From Selaginella moellendorffii (taxonomy: Eukaryota > Plantae > Lycopodiophyta), in NCBI RefSeq assembly GCF_000143415.4, contig NW_003314295.1, forward strand, positions 747,038 through 811,037: a stretch of 64,000 nt of DNA. Direction: 5' to 3'. The position numbers were made by a program, and so were the translations under genes. Shown here in pieces: positions 36,444 to 50,372 of the stretch (its first letter is position 1; every line of letters begins with the position of its first letter). The notes beneath the pieces are model-generated. The model was given only the letters and a program-made list of their open reading frames with translations, was not told the origin of the DNA and searched no databases.

Positions 36444-38361
36444 CTAAGCCGGTGACAAGAGGATTCGCCTCACAAGACAAGGAGACCTCGACTTTAAGCT
36501 CCGCTGGTCTCGAATGCGGCTGGAGCGTCGAACTGGAGTGAGCGTAACGAGCTCCTTGTTTGATCCCTGGATAAAGAAAAGTCCATCAGGAGCTCGAAAA
36601 GAAAGGGGAGCATACCTCGTTGACGACGATGCGCTTGTAAGCCGTGAAGCTACCGTACGCGGAGGAGCCTTTCTCCGAGGGGAGGATATCATCGATCAAC
36701 GTCTTCGTGGGAGGACTCGCTGCTGTTGGACGCGGACTTCGCGCCAGCAGTGGCTGTGTTCTAGAAATGCTGCCGGTGCGCGATCGATGACAATATACAC
36801 GGAAGAAGACGTGAGCAACCACGAGGACGATCGCCACTACCAAGGAGAGCTGGGAAGCTGGCGTCGTCGACCGCGGTAGGAGCTCGCCTTTGGCCAGCAA
36901 GCGAGGAAAATACATCTGTAAGTCGTCGACGTTCTCGAGCTCCGGAAGCTCGTCACCAACACTGGACAAGCTCTCGCCGCTGTGAACTTCTGTATGATCA
37001 CGTACATCAACGTCGTCGTCACTTGATTGCTCTCCTTGGACTCCTGACGGTTCTTTTTCTGCTTCTTCTTCGGCCTTTGTGAACTCCAAAGACCCGCCGG
37101 CAAAGATGCTTCCCACATCATGATAAAACTCGACGTCTTCGTGTTCCATCAGCTCCAAGTATCTCTGCTGGACGTCTCGCTCGGACCCGTACATGATCGC
37201 CATGAGCAGCGCATCCAGCTCCAAGGAATCCGTCGAGAATAGGCTCAGACCTGTGCTCTGATTGCGAAAGCTCTCGCTTACATCGTAGTCAGGAGACCAT
37301 TCCCAGTCGTCGAAGTCAGCGAAGTCTCTTGTCACCGTGTCTTCAAGACGCTTAGTTCGAGTGAACTTCTGCCTCAAGGTGGAGACACTGCTGTCGCTCG
37401 CAATGTCTGTATCCGCTATGATCAGCGTTGTAGCGATTGCTACAAAACTTCCCAGCAGCAGCATGAATGATGCTGCTCTCAAAGTCGTGCCGAATAGTGG
37501 CGCTTCCTCCTGTTTAGTCGCTCCCACTTCACCATCTTCCTTCCCTTCTATCGCCCTCGGTGACTGATCATCGCCTAGCTTTCCATCCTGGAAATGGTCG
37601 GTCAAACTTTGCTGCTGTTCTTCAGTGGTTGTAGAGCTCTTACATCCTTCGGTAAGAACCTCGGTAGCAACATCTTCGACGTGAAACGAACGCTTTTCGT
37701 TGCTGAGACAATCCTCTTCTTCGTTGTCCGCGGACAAAACACTTGCATCACCCGCTGCGTTTTCTTCTCGAGACTTGAGAGACTCGATGGCACTTTCCAG
37801 AGTCTCACCTTCTTTAAGCTCGAGACTGCTGAGAAACTCGAGACGCCAGTCCGGGCGGTACCTCAAAAACTTCGGCCGGGGAGTCCGCAAGTTCACCTTC
37901 GGATCATACCTATGGCCACCTTCCACAGAACCACTCGAGCTCTCCGATCCATTCGGCGACATGGGTGGAGAGAGAGTAAACCGCGAAGTTGGGCTTGGAG
38001 GAGACGTCGACAGCGACGACAAGCTCTCGTCGCTGCTATCAGCACTGTTTCTCTCGGAGGAGAACGATAATGCTCTGATAGACTTTGGTGGCTCCTCCTC
38101 CACAGCACACCAGTCCTGTTCCTGGTAGCAATTACTTTCCCCAAGGATCCTCTTGGAGCTGGTCTTAGTCATGGAAGAATTCCAGACCTTGAATTTTCCT
38201 CCACTATCCACAGTCGCATTCTCTTTGAACGATAAGTCAAGGTCGCCGATGATAGCTGTGAAGGCAAAGTCAGGGCTAGAGCCAAGAATTTCCCGAGCTA
38301 GAAAGAATGGACTCACCGGGCGGATTATCGGCGGGGGAGCTCTTAAAGAGCGGATTTTCAT
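36444..38361 (-). CDS. Plant membrane protein with YDPKxNxxxPRPxFLRYRP and C-terminal YGSFT/TPVRRSSRIR motifs
   Basis: 591-codon first exon with two hydrophobic segments; last exon GSNKELVTLTPVRRSSRIR ends at 36444. Confidence 0.8.
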
Positions 38362-38826
38362 GGTAGCGCCTCAGCCTGGCGCCGAATGGAGACTCCTTGT
38401 CGATTGTAGCAGACATCTCTGCTGCTCGGAGGAATGGAGGAAGAAGATTCTCACCGCAGCCGAGACAAGAACAAAATCGCAAGAAGGAAAACCTGGGAAT
38501 CGATCGAATCGGTCGCAAGAATCTCGCTGCCTTGAAGGAGCGCCTTTGTCGCCTTCCCTGTCCCAAATGCTGGGGTAGCAAGAAAGAGCAATAGCCCTCG
38601 AATTAAGAATATTCTATACAACGGTCAAATGAATCTGGACCGTCCAAATCTGGACGGACCTAAAGCGACGTAAATAAACCAAGTTTTAAACCTCAGCTTT
38701 TATCTTCTTCCCAGATCTTCCCCTCCCACAAAATGGGAAGAACAGCAAAATTATACCAGAGTTTGTTTGATGGCTGGATTGCCAAGTTATTCCTCGCTGC
38801 CTCTTTAACGATGAAAATTGGAGATC

Positions 38827-41800
38827 TCACTGCTGTTGCTGCTGTTGCTGCTGCTGCTGCTGCTTTAATTTATTCTTCTTCTTCTTGCTCGTCTCTAGAC
38901 TCAATCCTTCGCCCAGTCCCACTGGAGTGCTCTTCCGATTATCAAAATTTGAGCTCGCTTGATCGCTAGTAGAAGTTGCTGCTGGTACCGATGCTGCTGG
39001 TGCTGCTGGTGCTGCTGCTAATGATGGTGTTGAGTTCTTCGAGTTTGAAGAGCCCTTGCCGTTGTTAAAGAGGCTGATAAGGTCGCTGAGAGTGGGATCA
39101 CCTGGATTGACGCTGGACGACGAGGACGAGGAGCGTACATTGAGGCCTTTCGCGACTGCCTTCTTGCGAACTTCCGCCGCTGCCCGAGCGCCACGCTCGT
39201 CCATTCCTCTTGTTCTCGGGAGCGTTTCTCCCAGGAGCGCCGCAGCCGCCACGGCTTTGTTTATCCCACGCCCCGCGCCACCGCCGGCTGCTTGGAAAAC
39301 TTGGACCAAGTCGGCCCTCGCCTGGTTTTCAAACAATCTGTTAGGAGGAAAGTCAATGATAACAATGCAGTCTACCTTCAAAGCTTCTGACTTTTGCGAC
39401 GCTACCATGGTCGCAGCCTGACCTCTTTGCTTTTGAGCATGAGCCTGAAGAAAACGGTTGGTATACTCGTATAACTTAGGCAGAAAACCAACCTGCAATT
39501 CGCGGACTTGAAACGTTCTCATCCAGTTTGCCGACTCCTTGGTTCGGGGATCATCTTCACCCAGCTGTTTAGACAGTATGTCGTGTGTACTCTTTTCATG
39601 CTGCAAGATTTCACGATTTGAAGTCAGGCATTCCAACTTCACGAAAGTCGATGAAAACAATACCTGTAGTGATAGCTTGTAGGCACCCATGAAATTAAAG
39701 GCCACGGCCAAAGCATGATAGCAAACCGCAGTCTGGATGTGATTACTTCCCAAAAGGCGCTCATTTTTCTTGAGCGCCTCTTGGAGGTACCTCAACGCAA
39801 CGTGCATGTTGCTTAGCTCTTGGTACATAACAGCAATATTGATAAAGGTTGCTGCAACGTCCGGATGATCACATCCACACGAAATATTAAGAAGCAGAAG
39901 CGTCCGGGCCATGTGTCTTAAAGCCGAATCGGTCTGGTTCAGTCCATGATAAAACAACGCCATGTTGCCATAGCTGTAAAAAGATAGACAACAACAAGCC
40001 ACAATCAAAAGAAAGGTTTTTCAGAGAAAAAAGTCATACCTGTGTGCAGTATCTGGATGATCACAGCCAAGGCAACGCTCATTAATTATGAGCTCTTTAT
40101 GTTGTTGCATAATCGCTCCTCCCATGTCACCGGTATGATATAGAACCATCGCCAAATACCTGAGTGTGCCTCAGAATGAAAAAAAATACAGAAAAAAAAC
40201 ATTGCATCAATACCTGCAACAATTTGCCACCTCCCTATGCATTGGGCCAGAAACCTGCAACGATTAAGAGAATGAGATCTCGTTAAAGAGAAAGAAGAAA
40301 GAACACCTGTTGCAAGATGAAGAAAGCCTCGGAGAAATGCTCGTATGCCTCGGGAACTTTGCCCTGATACGCACGCAGTAAGTCAATCCTCTAGATGCGC
40401 AACTTAGCTTACTTGGGCAAATAGAAGCTTGCCATTCTCCATAAGCTCTTGAGCATCTGCGCAAACTGGAGCAGCGTGTTTCACAACCGCCTGGAGGTCG
40501 AGTATGTCCATTTGTTCAAATGGGGTGGCTGACTCAAGATTATACGCCCTTGCAGCCAAAGTTATTCCAACCTGAAGTCGCCATTAAGACAATTGTGCAA
40601 AAATTAGAAGGTGTTACCTTTAGGCAGATATTCCTAACAGCTGAAATCTTGCGAATGATGGCTCTGAAGTCATCTGCAAAATCAAACTGCAGGGCGGTAG
40701 AAATAAATACATGAAAAAACTAACACAAATAGAAAGCTTCACCTGGTATTTAAAGTGAACGCTCTCCTTGATATCGATCCATACAAGCTCCGAAGTGATA
40801 CACGCATAAAATGGCTGCTTGTTGGCCTGCAGGTTACTGTAAGCAACTAACACATCCATTCCATACATTTACCTCGTCAGAGACAACAGCATTGGGTGAT
40901 GAATGACCACCTTTCTTCTTCTTTCCCGGGGACGTCTTTGTTGGAGTTACCTTCGGACTGGCAGATTGCACAGTACCGAAGAGACAGTTCAGAAAATGAG
41001 CAACGCATCCTCCAACATCCTGGTCAAGTGTTTCTCTTAGAATACCCTGCACATAGCAAAGATAAGCGCATTATGAACCAGCTTCGCATAAAAACTGCTT
41101 GAACAGAACCTTTAAAACGTGTTTTGCTGACCGAACAACCATTTCAACAACGCAAAGCTCGTAGATATGTGGCATATGCTTCGCTAGCTGAGCCACCTAG
41201 AAGAATGCAGCAAAACAGAGGTCAAAACAGAACTTTCAAATAATAAATCCCGAGTACCTTGCCAAGGTATCTAATATTGATGCCATGGGCGTGTAATGCT
41301 TCTGTTAAAGTTTGCCCATCCATAGGTGAAACTTCCAGGCTACTAAGGTCCTGAATAAATTTCTTGAGTACGACGTTCGTTAAGTAATCCCCAGCTTTTC
41401 TAACTAACTCTTCATCCGCAGCTTTTTCCTGGAACACGGAGAACCATTATGACAATCTAGGAGAACTGAGACGACAGTATCTACCTCGGGCTCTCCGGCA
41501 ACAGTGAAATCCGTAAAGACGTTAGGATTAAACAAAATCGTTGGGATGCTTTTATCATCCCTCTCCGTTTGTGACTCGGCCTACAAAGCATTTCACGTCA
41601 GTGTTGAAATATATTACGAGATCGTATACCTGACAAAATGCAGCGATTAGCTCAGGTCTCAAAACGGATAGACGAGATCCTGGTCCAGTGTAGTTTACAT
41701 CCCTTGGAAACGTCCTCATCAAATCAAGTATGTAGTATCTGCCCAACGTAAAGGAACGTTCGTTACTACGGGGTTTTAACTCAGACTAACCAGCACCTAT

Positions 41801-44410
41801 TATCACTTCCGACGATTCCCTTGCACTCAACGGGTGCACACAACTTCACTTTTCCACCAGATCCATCCAGCACTTCGTGCTCTTTGATGTGCAGTAGCTT
41901 TCCAGCTTCAACAACCTGACAACTTAGTTTAGAGGGTGATAGGAAAGCAAAAGAGAAAAGAACCTTCGTATGAAACTTCTCGTTCCACGAAATCTTTTTG
42001 CCGTTATCCAGGGAGCCATACAACAACGATTCGGATTTATCCCCTTGAAGAATACCAGGAATTATACTCTGAAAGGGAGGGAAACGTGAAGCGATCATAA
42101 ATTCTACATAACTGGAACGTACCTGAGCAACTACCCGATGCCCTCTGTAATCGACTATAGCCATTGCAAGCGTATACAACCCCGCGACATCAGCATTGTT
42201 ATACGCTTTTGTGCCTTTCAAGTCATTGTTGGCAGACGAATATGTAGCCTGCTCTCCCTCCATAGCATTAGTTGGGTCATCCTTCACTTCTGTAGAGTTT
42301 TTCTTCTGGCCTATAGATTGATCACGTTCGGCGTTCAAAGACGGTTCTATTGACTCTGCAAGTTTCGGCTCCTTTTCTGGTTGTTTCTCTTCTGGTTGTT
42401 TGTCATCTGGCTGTTTCTCACAGTCCGTCGTGTTTTGAGCTTCTTGCTCTCTATTTTGCTGCATGAGGAGAAAATCTCCATCAAGAGCAAAACTAAAAAA
42501 AATATTGTTGTGCACGTACCTATGGTAACAAGAACAATTAGCAAATAAGACACAAAACTTATCTTACATTTGAAAGCGATCTGGATCCGTGGGGTTAATA
42601 GGAGGAATGCATCGACCTATGACCGCCTTCGCGCCCTTGATCGCAGCATCTACAAAATCACAATTGACTTTGTATAGTGCTCTATCTCGCATCAGCCTGT
42701 ATAAAAAAGCTTTTAACCAGTTAAGTAGAAAGAAGAGAAATAAAAACATCTATACCTGTCCTGAGGAGTTTCTCGAGGGAAGTCCCTGCATGACTGAAGC
42801 TCTTCGTTCCAGTCCCTTTGTAAGCCAAATACCTCGGATCCATAGGACGACATTAGAGCGTCCTCAGCCCGTGAAATGTCTCTTTTGTGTGCTAAGAACA
42901 CGAATTAAAAAATAAGGCTCAATTAGCAGGAGTAAAGTTCAGACTTACGCGAAGGGGGGTAACTCCCTAGCCAATGATTCGGCGGGTGTAACACCGGAAC
43001 GTTTTCAAAAGGGTGGCCTGCTCCCTTCCGCTTCAAAACCTCTGAAAAACCTGTAAAACCATTTCATTTAGATAAGAAAAATTGAAGGAATAAAATTAAA
43101 AAACTCAACCTTTTGTAAAAGCAGGACTCAGCTGGTGAAGAAGTCCCACAAGCGTGGTCCCGTCGTGCCCAGCTTTCAAGGGGTGTGGGTTCAGAACATC
43201 GCTCTTACTAGAGTTCACAAAAAACCCCTGGCAGTGAGCCGTCACGCAGTAATTCTTTCCTTCCAATGTCGAGATATCCAGATATAGTAGATCTCCAACA
43301 AGCCTTTAAGCAAATGTCCATCACTAAGACAACATTATAACCAGGCTTACCTCCGGTAACCAGGAACCGGGTTAAACGAGGAAAAAGAAATACTTTGGAT
43401 GCATTTGACATCGGGTACGTCGGGACTAGAAACCAAATCTTTCAGCATCTTGCTAGGCTCGTCCATGAGTCCCAGCGCTTCCAGCTCGGTAATCTCTTGT
43501 CTGACTGTGGTAAGAAACTATGAGATAAAATGGTACTTATGGAGAAATAAAATACCTTCTTTTTCTTTCTCGTTTTTCGTCTTCTCTGCGCAAGCTAAGA
43601 ACGATTAGTAAGAGTACTTAAAGGTTTGACACTTCACGAACCAGAAGCTTCCTGTTTCCTTTCGAACTCCATGGCCAATGCAGTTGACACAGAAAAGTAG
43701 ATGTTTGATGTCGAAATCAGATCGCGTGTACGACGTACATGGACTCTCACAGACCTATCATCGTACGCAGCTAGACAAAGGAAAGGTCGTCTTAGTCTTG
43801 GCTGAATAACAAAAAGAAAACGCACGTACCATTGACCATCTCCAGCGAGAAACCTCCAACGGTGATATCCGCTACTTCACCTATCTCTAGAAACTCGGCT
43901 AGCTGATACTTTGCCCCGTTGGGGCCATGTAGTATAAGATCGTAGCAGGTGTAGAAGCAGCTTTCAATCGAATCCAACAAAAACTGCCTCAAGTCCATTA
44001 CCGAATCATTGGGACTTATCTAGAAGAAAGAAAATGGAAAGAGTTTCGTTTCCAGTTCCACAGAATGTTTAATCAAACGAATACCTGGAGTTCAATCTGT
44101 TCCCCGGCCGGGCCTTTGACTTTCACCGGGTAGAGCTTCTGCTCATCTGTATCCATCGCAAAACAAAATAATCAGCTACCAAGATATCGCAAGCACATGT
44201 TTTTCTCTCTCTCTCACCTTCGCGTGCGGCCTTTTCACCCAGTTGCTTGTCAGCTGAAAACACCTCAGCCGATTCATCGCTGTTCTTCACACCGCCCTCG
44301 CCCTCCACAGCAACAGTTTGCGCCTCACTAGCTCTCGGAGAATGTGTCTCATTCTCCCGGGACGCTCCTTTCTTTCCTTTGTTCTTATTCGAATTTAACT
44401 TCCCAGCCAT
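38827..44410 (-). CDS. FMT: Clustered mitochondria protein (CLU/FRIENDLY; CLU domain plus TPR)
   Basis: [103 protein letters not shown] and TPR repeats; C-terminal poly-Q. Confidence 0.95.
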
Positions 44411-44699
44411 AAAAAAAAAATCTGCGCCGGAAGAGCAAACGAAAGAAACAATGAGAAACGAAAAGGCAAAAGGAGGAGGAGCAGTGAAGAGAGCCCTAAT
44501 CGCGAAGAAGAAAACAAATGCTTACCCCCGGAAGGCGCTGGAGCAGCGCCTTCGGCCTGGCTCGCCGCCGCTCCTTCGATTACAGCTTCGGAAAAGCGCT
44601 CCCAGAAAGAAATCGACGTCACAGAAGGCGCTGGCCGAGAAAATTTCCCCCTGGAAGCTCTCGGCTCGTAGCAGCGAGCACAATATCTGCTAAAACCCT

Positions 44700-44850
44700 A
44701 GAATGCCGGTAAATGCCCGGCCTTTACCCCGGATAAGGTTCCTCCCGGCAGGGATATTCCGTCCATGGCGGCTTAAACCCTAAACCCTAAACCACGGTCT
44801 AAACCAAGGTTATCAAAAAACCCATTTTAGGGCTCTTGGGATCACGATCA
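44700..44850. promoter_or_regulatory. Bidirectional promoter region FMT/TIC21 with telo-boxes
   Basis: aaaccctaaaccctaaa at 44776-44791 between divergent genes. Confidence 0.5.
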
Positions 44851-44854
44851 CGAA

Positions 44855-45774
44855 ATGCTGCTCCTCCATCCTTCGCATTGCGGATCCCTGCTACTGGTAA
44901 GCAATTCTTCTCTCAAATCCTTGCGGCAGCATCGATTCCTAGGCTCGCATCCGCGCGTGGTGTTTGCCACTGCCCGGGCATCGTATGCTGCAAATTCTCC
45001 CCCTCCAGCTGCGGAGGATCCCTCCAAAGCTGAAAAGCTTGCTCAGGTATCACAATCTCTCATCGCGCCTCACTCTTTCTCACTCTTTCTTCGCTTTGGA
45101 GCATAGGTCTCTAAACGCTTGGAAGTGACTGGAAGATACTTTAAGAGGCTGGGTAACCTGGGATTTTGGTCTCAGCTTGCCTGCATTGTAGTCTCGGCCG
45201 GGATTACTGCCTTCTCGGTTTTGATCACTGGCAACGCCACCTCTCCCACGACGTTCTACTTGACTGTTGCTGGGATTGCTGCTGGATTTGTCTCCGTGTT
45301 TTGGTCCTTTGGATTCATCCGGCTTGGCACCAAGCTGCAAAGTGTGGATCCCGAGCAGGTTAGCAGCTTTTTCCTTCATTGTGAACTTACAAGCTACAGC
45401 TCTGTCATTGTTTCAGGCACCTCCTCGCATCGAAGTAGTCGAGAACATCAAGAACGGTGTTGGCATCAACCTGCTTGGAATGGGAGCGACAATTCTGGGA
45501 ATGCAGGCCACCGTCGGTGTTCTTGTCGCAAAAGCTCTAACGAGCTCGGCAGCACCGGTGCTTCAAAGACCATCTCCGAGCTACAGTCCAGTGCTAGCGC
45601 TCGATGTCTTTCTCGTGCAGGTAAGCTAGAAGTATTTGGTAATCACTAACTGGCTTTCGGTCGCAGGCTTCAGCAAATGCGTTACTGTCGCACTTCTTGG
45701 GTTTGCTTTTCTCTCTAGAGCTTCTCCGATCGGTCACTTTGTCGCAGAATGCTCCTCCGCCAAAGCCTGCGTAA
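44855..45774 (+). CDS. TIC21: Chloroplast inner envelope protein TIC21/PIC1
   Basis: KRLEVTGRYFKRLGNLGFWSQL, APPRIEVV, INLLGMGATILGMQATVGVLVAKALTS, PVLALDVFLVQASAN...SHFLGL; 4 exons. Confidence 0.95.
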
Positions 45775-45882
45775 TATGATGGTGGTAGAAAAGTTGATAG
45801 CCAGATCTGGACTGGTTAATGGTATTTGCATGTTTTTTCTTTCGTCGAAGACTAAGTGGTGAACCTTACAGATAAAGAATAA

Positions 45883-48056
45883 CTAGTTGCTAGAAGTGCT
45901 GGTGCGAGAAGAGTTGACATGCCCCGACTCGGAGCTGGAGTCCGAAACTTTGGCGGTGGCCATCCTCGAGGCAATGCTTCTGACCGAGTTCACTCGTGAC
46001 GGACCGACCGTGCTGACGCTCAATCGCGACGGAACGCTCCTCACCGAGTTGGCTCTGGAGTTGGCCATGGTCCTTCCGCCGTAGTTCCACTTGGAGGAGA
46101 AATCGCTCCTGGTTGACGCCATCTCACCGGAGGAGTCACTGTTGTTGTCAGCTACATGGCTTCTATTGCCGTCTTCACTGTCGCATGCTTTCAGCGTTGA
46201 TTCGTCGAGCCAGTTGCTACCATCCAAGGTTCGTTGTCTCGACAGTGGCACTAACTTATGGTTCTTGTCCCTTCCATTCGCTGCTCGACAGGATTGGCTG
46301 CTGTGATCGTCCCTTGCAAAGAGTGGCTGAGTGAAGACCCATGCAGCACTCCTTTCCATCGAGAGTGGCTGATTATTGTTTGCAAACCATGCAGCAGGAT
46401 CGTGCTCCTCCTCGTCGTCGTCCGCGTTGTCCACTTGCTGCTCGATTGATAACGGACCCCCGAAGACTGATCTGGTTGCCGATGATGCAACCGTGATTTC
46501 AGTTGTCATGCCGACGGAGAAGTTGCTCGGCCGTGGAGCAAAGTTTGCCATGCCGTGGAAGTCTTGGACAACACACAGTGCATCGAATCTCTGCTCGCGT
46601 TCTTTCCCCCAGACGACGAGGTAGAGTCCCAGTAAGATTATGCTACCACCGACCAGGCTGCGCAAAAACTAGTTGTTTTTCTTCAGGTAGCAATGGAAGA
46701 GATTGTACCTTCCCAGGTTTAAGCTCTCCCTAAGCAAGAAGAACGCCAGGATTATGGTTATAATCGTTTCAAGAGGCTGGTAAGCTGCAACCAGCATCGG
46801 TCCTCCTTGCTTTACTCCCCAGGATTGAATTCCGAATACCATTGATCCAATAATTCCCTGTTACAAACTAATGTTTTGTAGGTAATGAAAGAAAATTTTA
46901 CTTACTCCATAGGCTATGTTGATGCCATCAGCAATGCTAAACTTTAACCACTGAGATTTATGATGTACATAAATCGCAGCAATTACAGCAACTTGTATAG
47001 TGCTGAAAAAGAATGCAAATGAAGCAAATGATATAGGTGCTGCGTATTTTTCCATAAGGAATCCCTGAAATAAATAAATTTACGAGCTCATTGCTATAAA
47101 ATTATGATAACTTACCTGTAATGTTAGGAAGATTGAAAACGATACACAAGAAATGACAAGAAATAAAATTCCATATTGTTCGTTATTTAGCTCCAAGTGT
47201 ATAACACCCAACCTTATTGAATGGTGGGCAATAGATAGAGTTGGTATATCTCCATACGAGAAGTGACTCATCAAAAGCTCTTGACCTTTGTAAACTAAAA
47301 GTGTCATCCATCCGCATATAAGTAAGATAGTCCCTACTAACTTGACAATACCATGACTTTTCTCAATATCAACCTTCTCCATCCTGACAGAAGTAAGAAT
47401 CAACATAAGACGAATCAAGAAACATTGCAATTCATTACCTGAAGATCAAAGCAAAAATGAAAGTGAAGGCCGGAATCACATTCCGCATGGCTGAGGCAAA
47501 TATTGGTGTTGTATACTTAAGCCCTTGTAGGTAGCATAGCTCACTTACACAAACTCTGTAAGATTGGATACAGATTTTCCTCTCTAAATTGTTTTAAATG
47601 CTAAAACGTTTACAAAACTTACCCGAAGACACCAAGGAAGAACGTTGCAAATAATGCAGGAAAATTGAGAACCGGTTTCCTCTTCCTGGAAAAAAAAATT
47701 AAAAAATCCACTAGTGAGTAATTATGAACTTAGCAATGCAGAAAGAATCTCACAAACTTTTCCACAAAGGAGGAGAGAAATCTCAGCACCATGAAGCCAA
47801 GACAATTTTTGTACACAGAGTAGACAATCATAGAACTGCCCTTGCCAAATCTCCGCCTGACCAAGACTTCGTAGCCTGCAAAACCTGCTTGGGCAACAAT
47901 GAGAACGACATGAAATCGAAGCCGGGAAGAAGGTAATGAGATTGGTTGCTCATTATCAAATAATCTAATGCTATTAGCAGTAACTGCAGGTGGAAGAGGT
48001 AATGGAACATGTATCTCTTCTGAATCGATAGCAAAATCAGCCTTCTTCTCCTCCAT
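45883..48056 (-). CDS. WAT1-related/UMAMIT (EamA, MtN21) transporter with long Ser-rich C-tail
   Basis: GLKYTTPIFASAMRNVIPAFTF, RMEKVDI...GIVKLVGT, KYAAPISF, WGVKQGGPMLVAAYQPL, SLVGGSIILLGLYLVVWGK. Confidence 0.9.
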
Positions 48057-48829
48057 AATCAAAACTTAAGCTTTTCTTGAGAATCAAAATGAGAAAAAAA
48101 TGCATTAATTTAGTAGTGACTTATTATAACCATTAGTTTATTTGGAGTTCCAAGTTTTCATTCCTCAGTTTTAAGCATATGAATATTCTGAGCCTTCAAA
48201 TGAAAAGGATAGAAGGAACGCTGAAGAGCCACATTCGATCACCCAAAAGAGATCTCCTGTCATATATCATAGTGCCTCTGGTCAGGAACAAGCTCGATGG
48301 TGCTTGGCCAAACACTGTCACCTTCTCTCGGCAGCTCATATAGCATATAACCATTTGGAAAGGTGACAGCTCTCGTGGTGTATAGCCATTTAGGCATTGT
48401 GGAATCCTCTAATGTGGGCTTTCAAAAGATTTCCTCATCACAAATACTAATAGATTCTATGAATCGATATGTTGGTCCAATAGCTTTTGCATGTTAGATA
48501 TCAGAGTTTGTTCTTTTGTTTCTCTAAAGGAAGTGGATTCCAATAAGGTGATTAATCCCTTCTACAAATGAGGCACTAGATTAATGGGTAACCTCTTATT
48601 CTATATGTGTTGAGAATGGTGTTCTATGTATGTAAAAAACAAATGTAAATTTCTAATACAAAGTTTAACAGCCCTTGATATTAAAGCTTAACAGCAACAT
48701 TAAATTAGCTAAAGAAGAACGCATTTAAAATAAATTCTTACTTAAATTTTGTTCTTATAATAAAATACTAAGAAAAATCCACAGAAGAAAACCTCTTTCA
48801 ATATTAAACTACATTATTAGTATCAAAAA

Positions 48830-48990
48830 TGTTACATTATCCTTCATCCTAGTTTCAAAAAGGTGAGGAACTTCTGCTGCTATCCAAGGCCTAATACCCA
48901 AGCAAAGAACATACGCAACACCAAATCTAGGACTGGCAAAGAGATACAAATTAAAATAAATCAAACAATGAAAAATCAACTTGATGCACT
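48830..48990 (-). pseudogene. UFC1 last-exon fragment
   Basis: Diverged copy of about 56410-56575 (PRFGVA...AAEVPHL). Confidence 0.8.
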
Positions 48991-49019
48991 AATGTTCTTT
49001 ATATGAATTCGTCATCCAG

Positions 49020-50249
49020 GTTTGCCTTGGATGACAGATGTGCAACTGGGTTTTAACATTGCTTTGTGCTTCTTGAAAAAGTAACAGAGCTTCTAAACTT
49101 CATGATGAAGATACATGAACTTTTCTTTGCTTTGTAGGGCTGCTATGGGTACGAAAAAGGATGGGAAGCCAAATGTGATCATCAGACTGTATGTAAAATT
49201 GTCTTACACTTGGAATCACTATAACTCATGCTTTGTGCTAACAGATATACGCCCATAAGTGATCCATACATTCATGGTCACTTTGATTTACTTCTGAAGG
49301 TATTGTGTTCCTTGTTTTCAGCATTTGTGTGCTTTTCAGCTGTTAAGGGAAAAAATATTTCTTTTGTAGACTTACCCACAAGGAAAAATGAGCAAATATT
49401 CTGTTGCTCTTCGGCCCAGAGACACTTTGGAAATGAAAGCGTACATGTAGTTTACTACATTTCTTTCCATCTGTAGTTTTACAAGGAAGATCCACAGTCC
49501 TATTCCCAAGCTCCTATATAGCACCAACATGAAAGAACATATTGGGATGGTATATTTTTGAGTTCTCTGCGCCACTTTACTGTCGCTTAGATTGCAGGAG
49601 GTACCGGGATCACACCGATGTTTCAAGTGCTTAACGAGATCTCAAAAAATCCAGAAGATAAAACACAGGTTTGTCTCGAGGAAAATCGTGTCCTCGTAAT
49701 GTTTCTCCGCCGTTTCCTCCGATCAGGTCTCGTTGATCTATGCCAACTTGACACCGGACGACATTCTACTAAAGAACGAGCTCGACAAACTAGCTGAAAA
49801 GCATCCAGACTTCAAGGTCCTGTTTGAGACTATCAGACTTCCACTCTCGTGTTTCCAAGGAAAACTGACGCATGTTTACAGGTTTTCTATGTTGTCGATA
49901 AGCCAACGCGTTACTGGGGAGGAGGATCCGGCTTCATCACGAAGGACATCCTGGTGAAGGGACTACCACCTCCTTCGGACGGCAATCTCATCATGGTTTG
50001 AAGCTTATTCGCTGCTCGTTGTTACTTAATTCCCATTGACACAATTTCCAACAGGTGTGCGGGCCTCCAGGCCTCATGAACCACATCTCCGGCGATAAAG
50101 CACCAGACAAATCACAAGGACAAGTAAGCATTTTACGGAGATATCTATTCCAACACGCGAGCTTCCCTGATTCCACTCTTCCTTCTCAACAGTTGACAGG
50201 TCTCTTGAAGAGCATGGGTTACACCGAAGACCAAGTGTACAAGTTCTAG
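49020..50249 (+). pseudogene. 5'-truncated NADH-cytochrome b5 reductase copy
   Basis: Lacks the first exons, 1-nt insertion in the FALDD exon; 3' half near-identical to 58400-58970. Confidence 0.85.
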
Positions 50250-50372
50250 GCATTCTTTTATTCTCAGGACAAGAACAACACAATACAATACAAAGCTCTT
50301 TAAAGTCATGAGAGCCGTAGATTAAGGTCCCCTGAGACGCACTGGCTTATTCCGTGGAGTCATGCCGTGTGC

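Noticed and set aside
35803-44791. AAACCCT repeats as a chromosome end or fusion scar
   Set aside because: Only two units each and located in promoter positions, so ordinary telo-boxes
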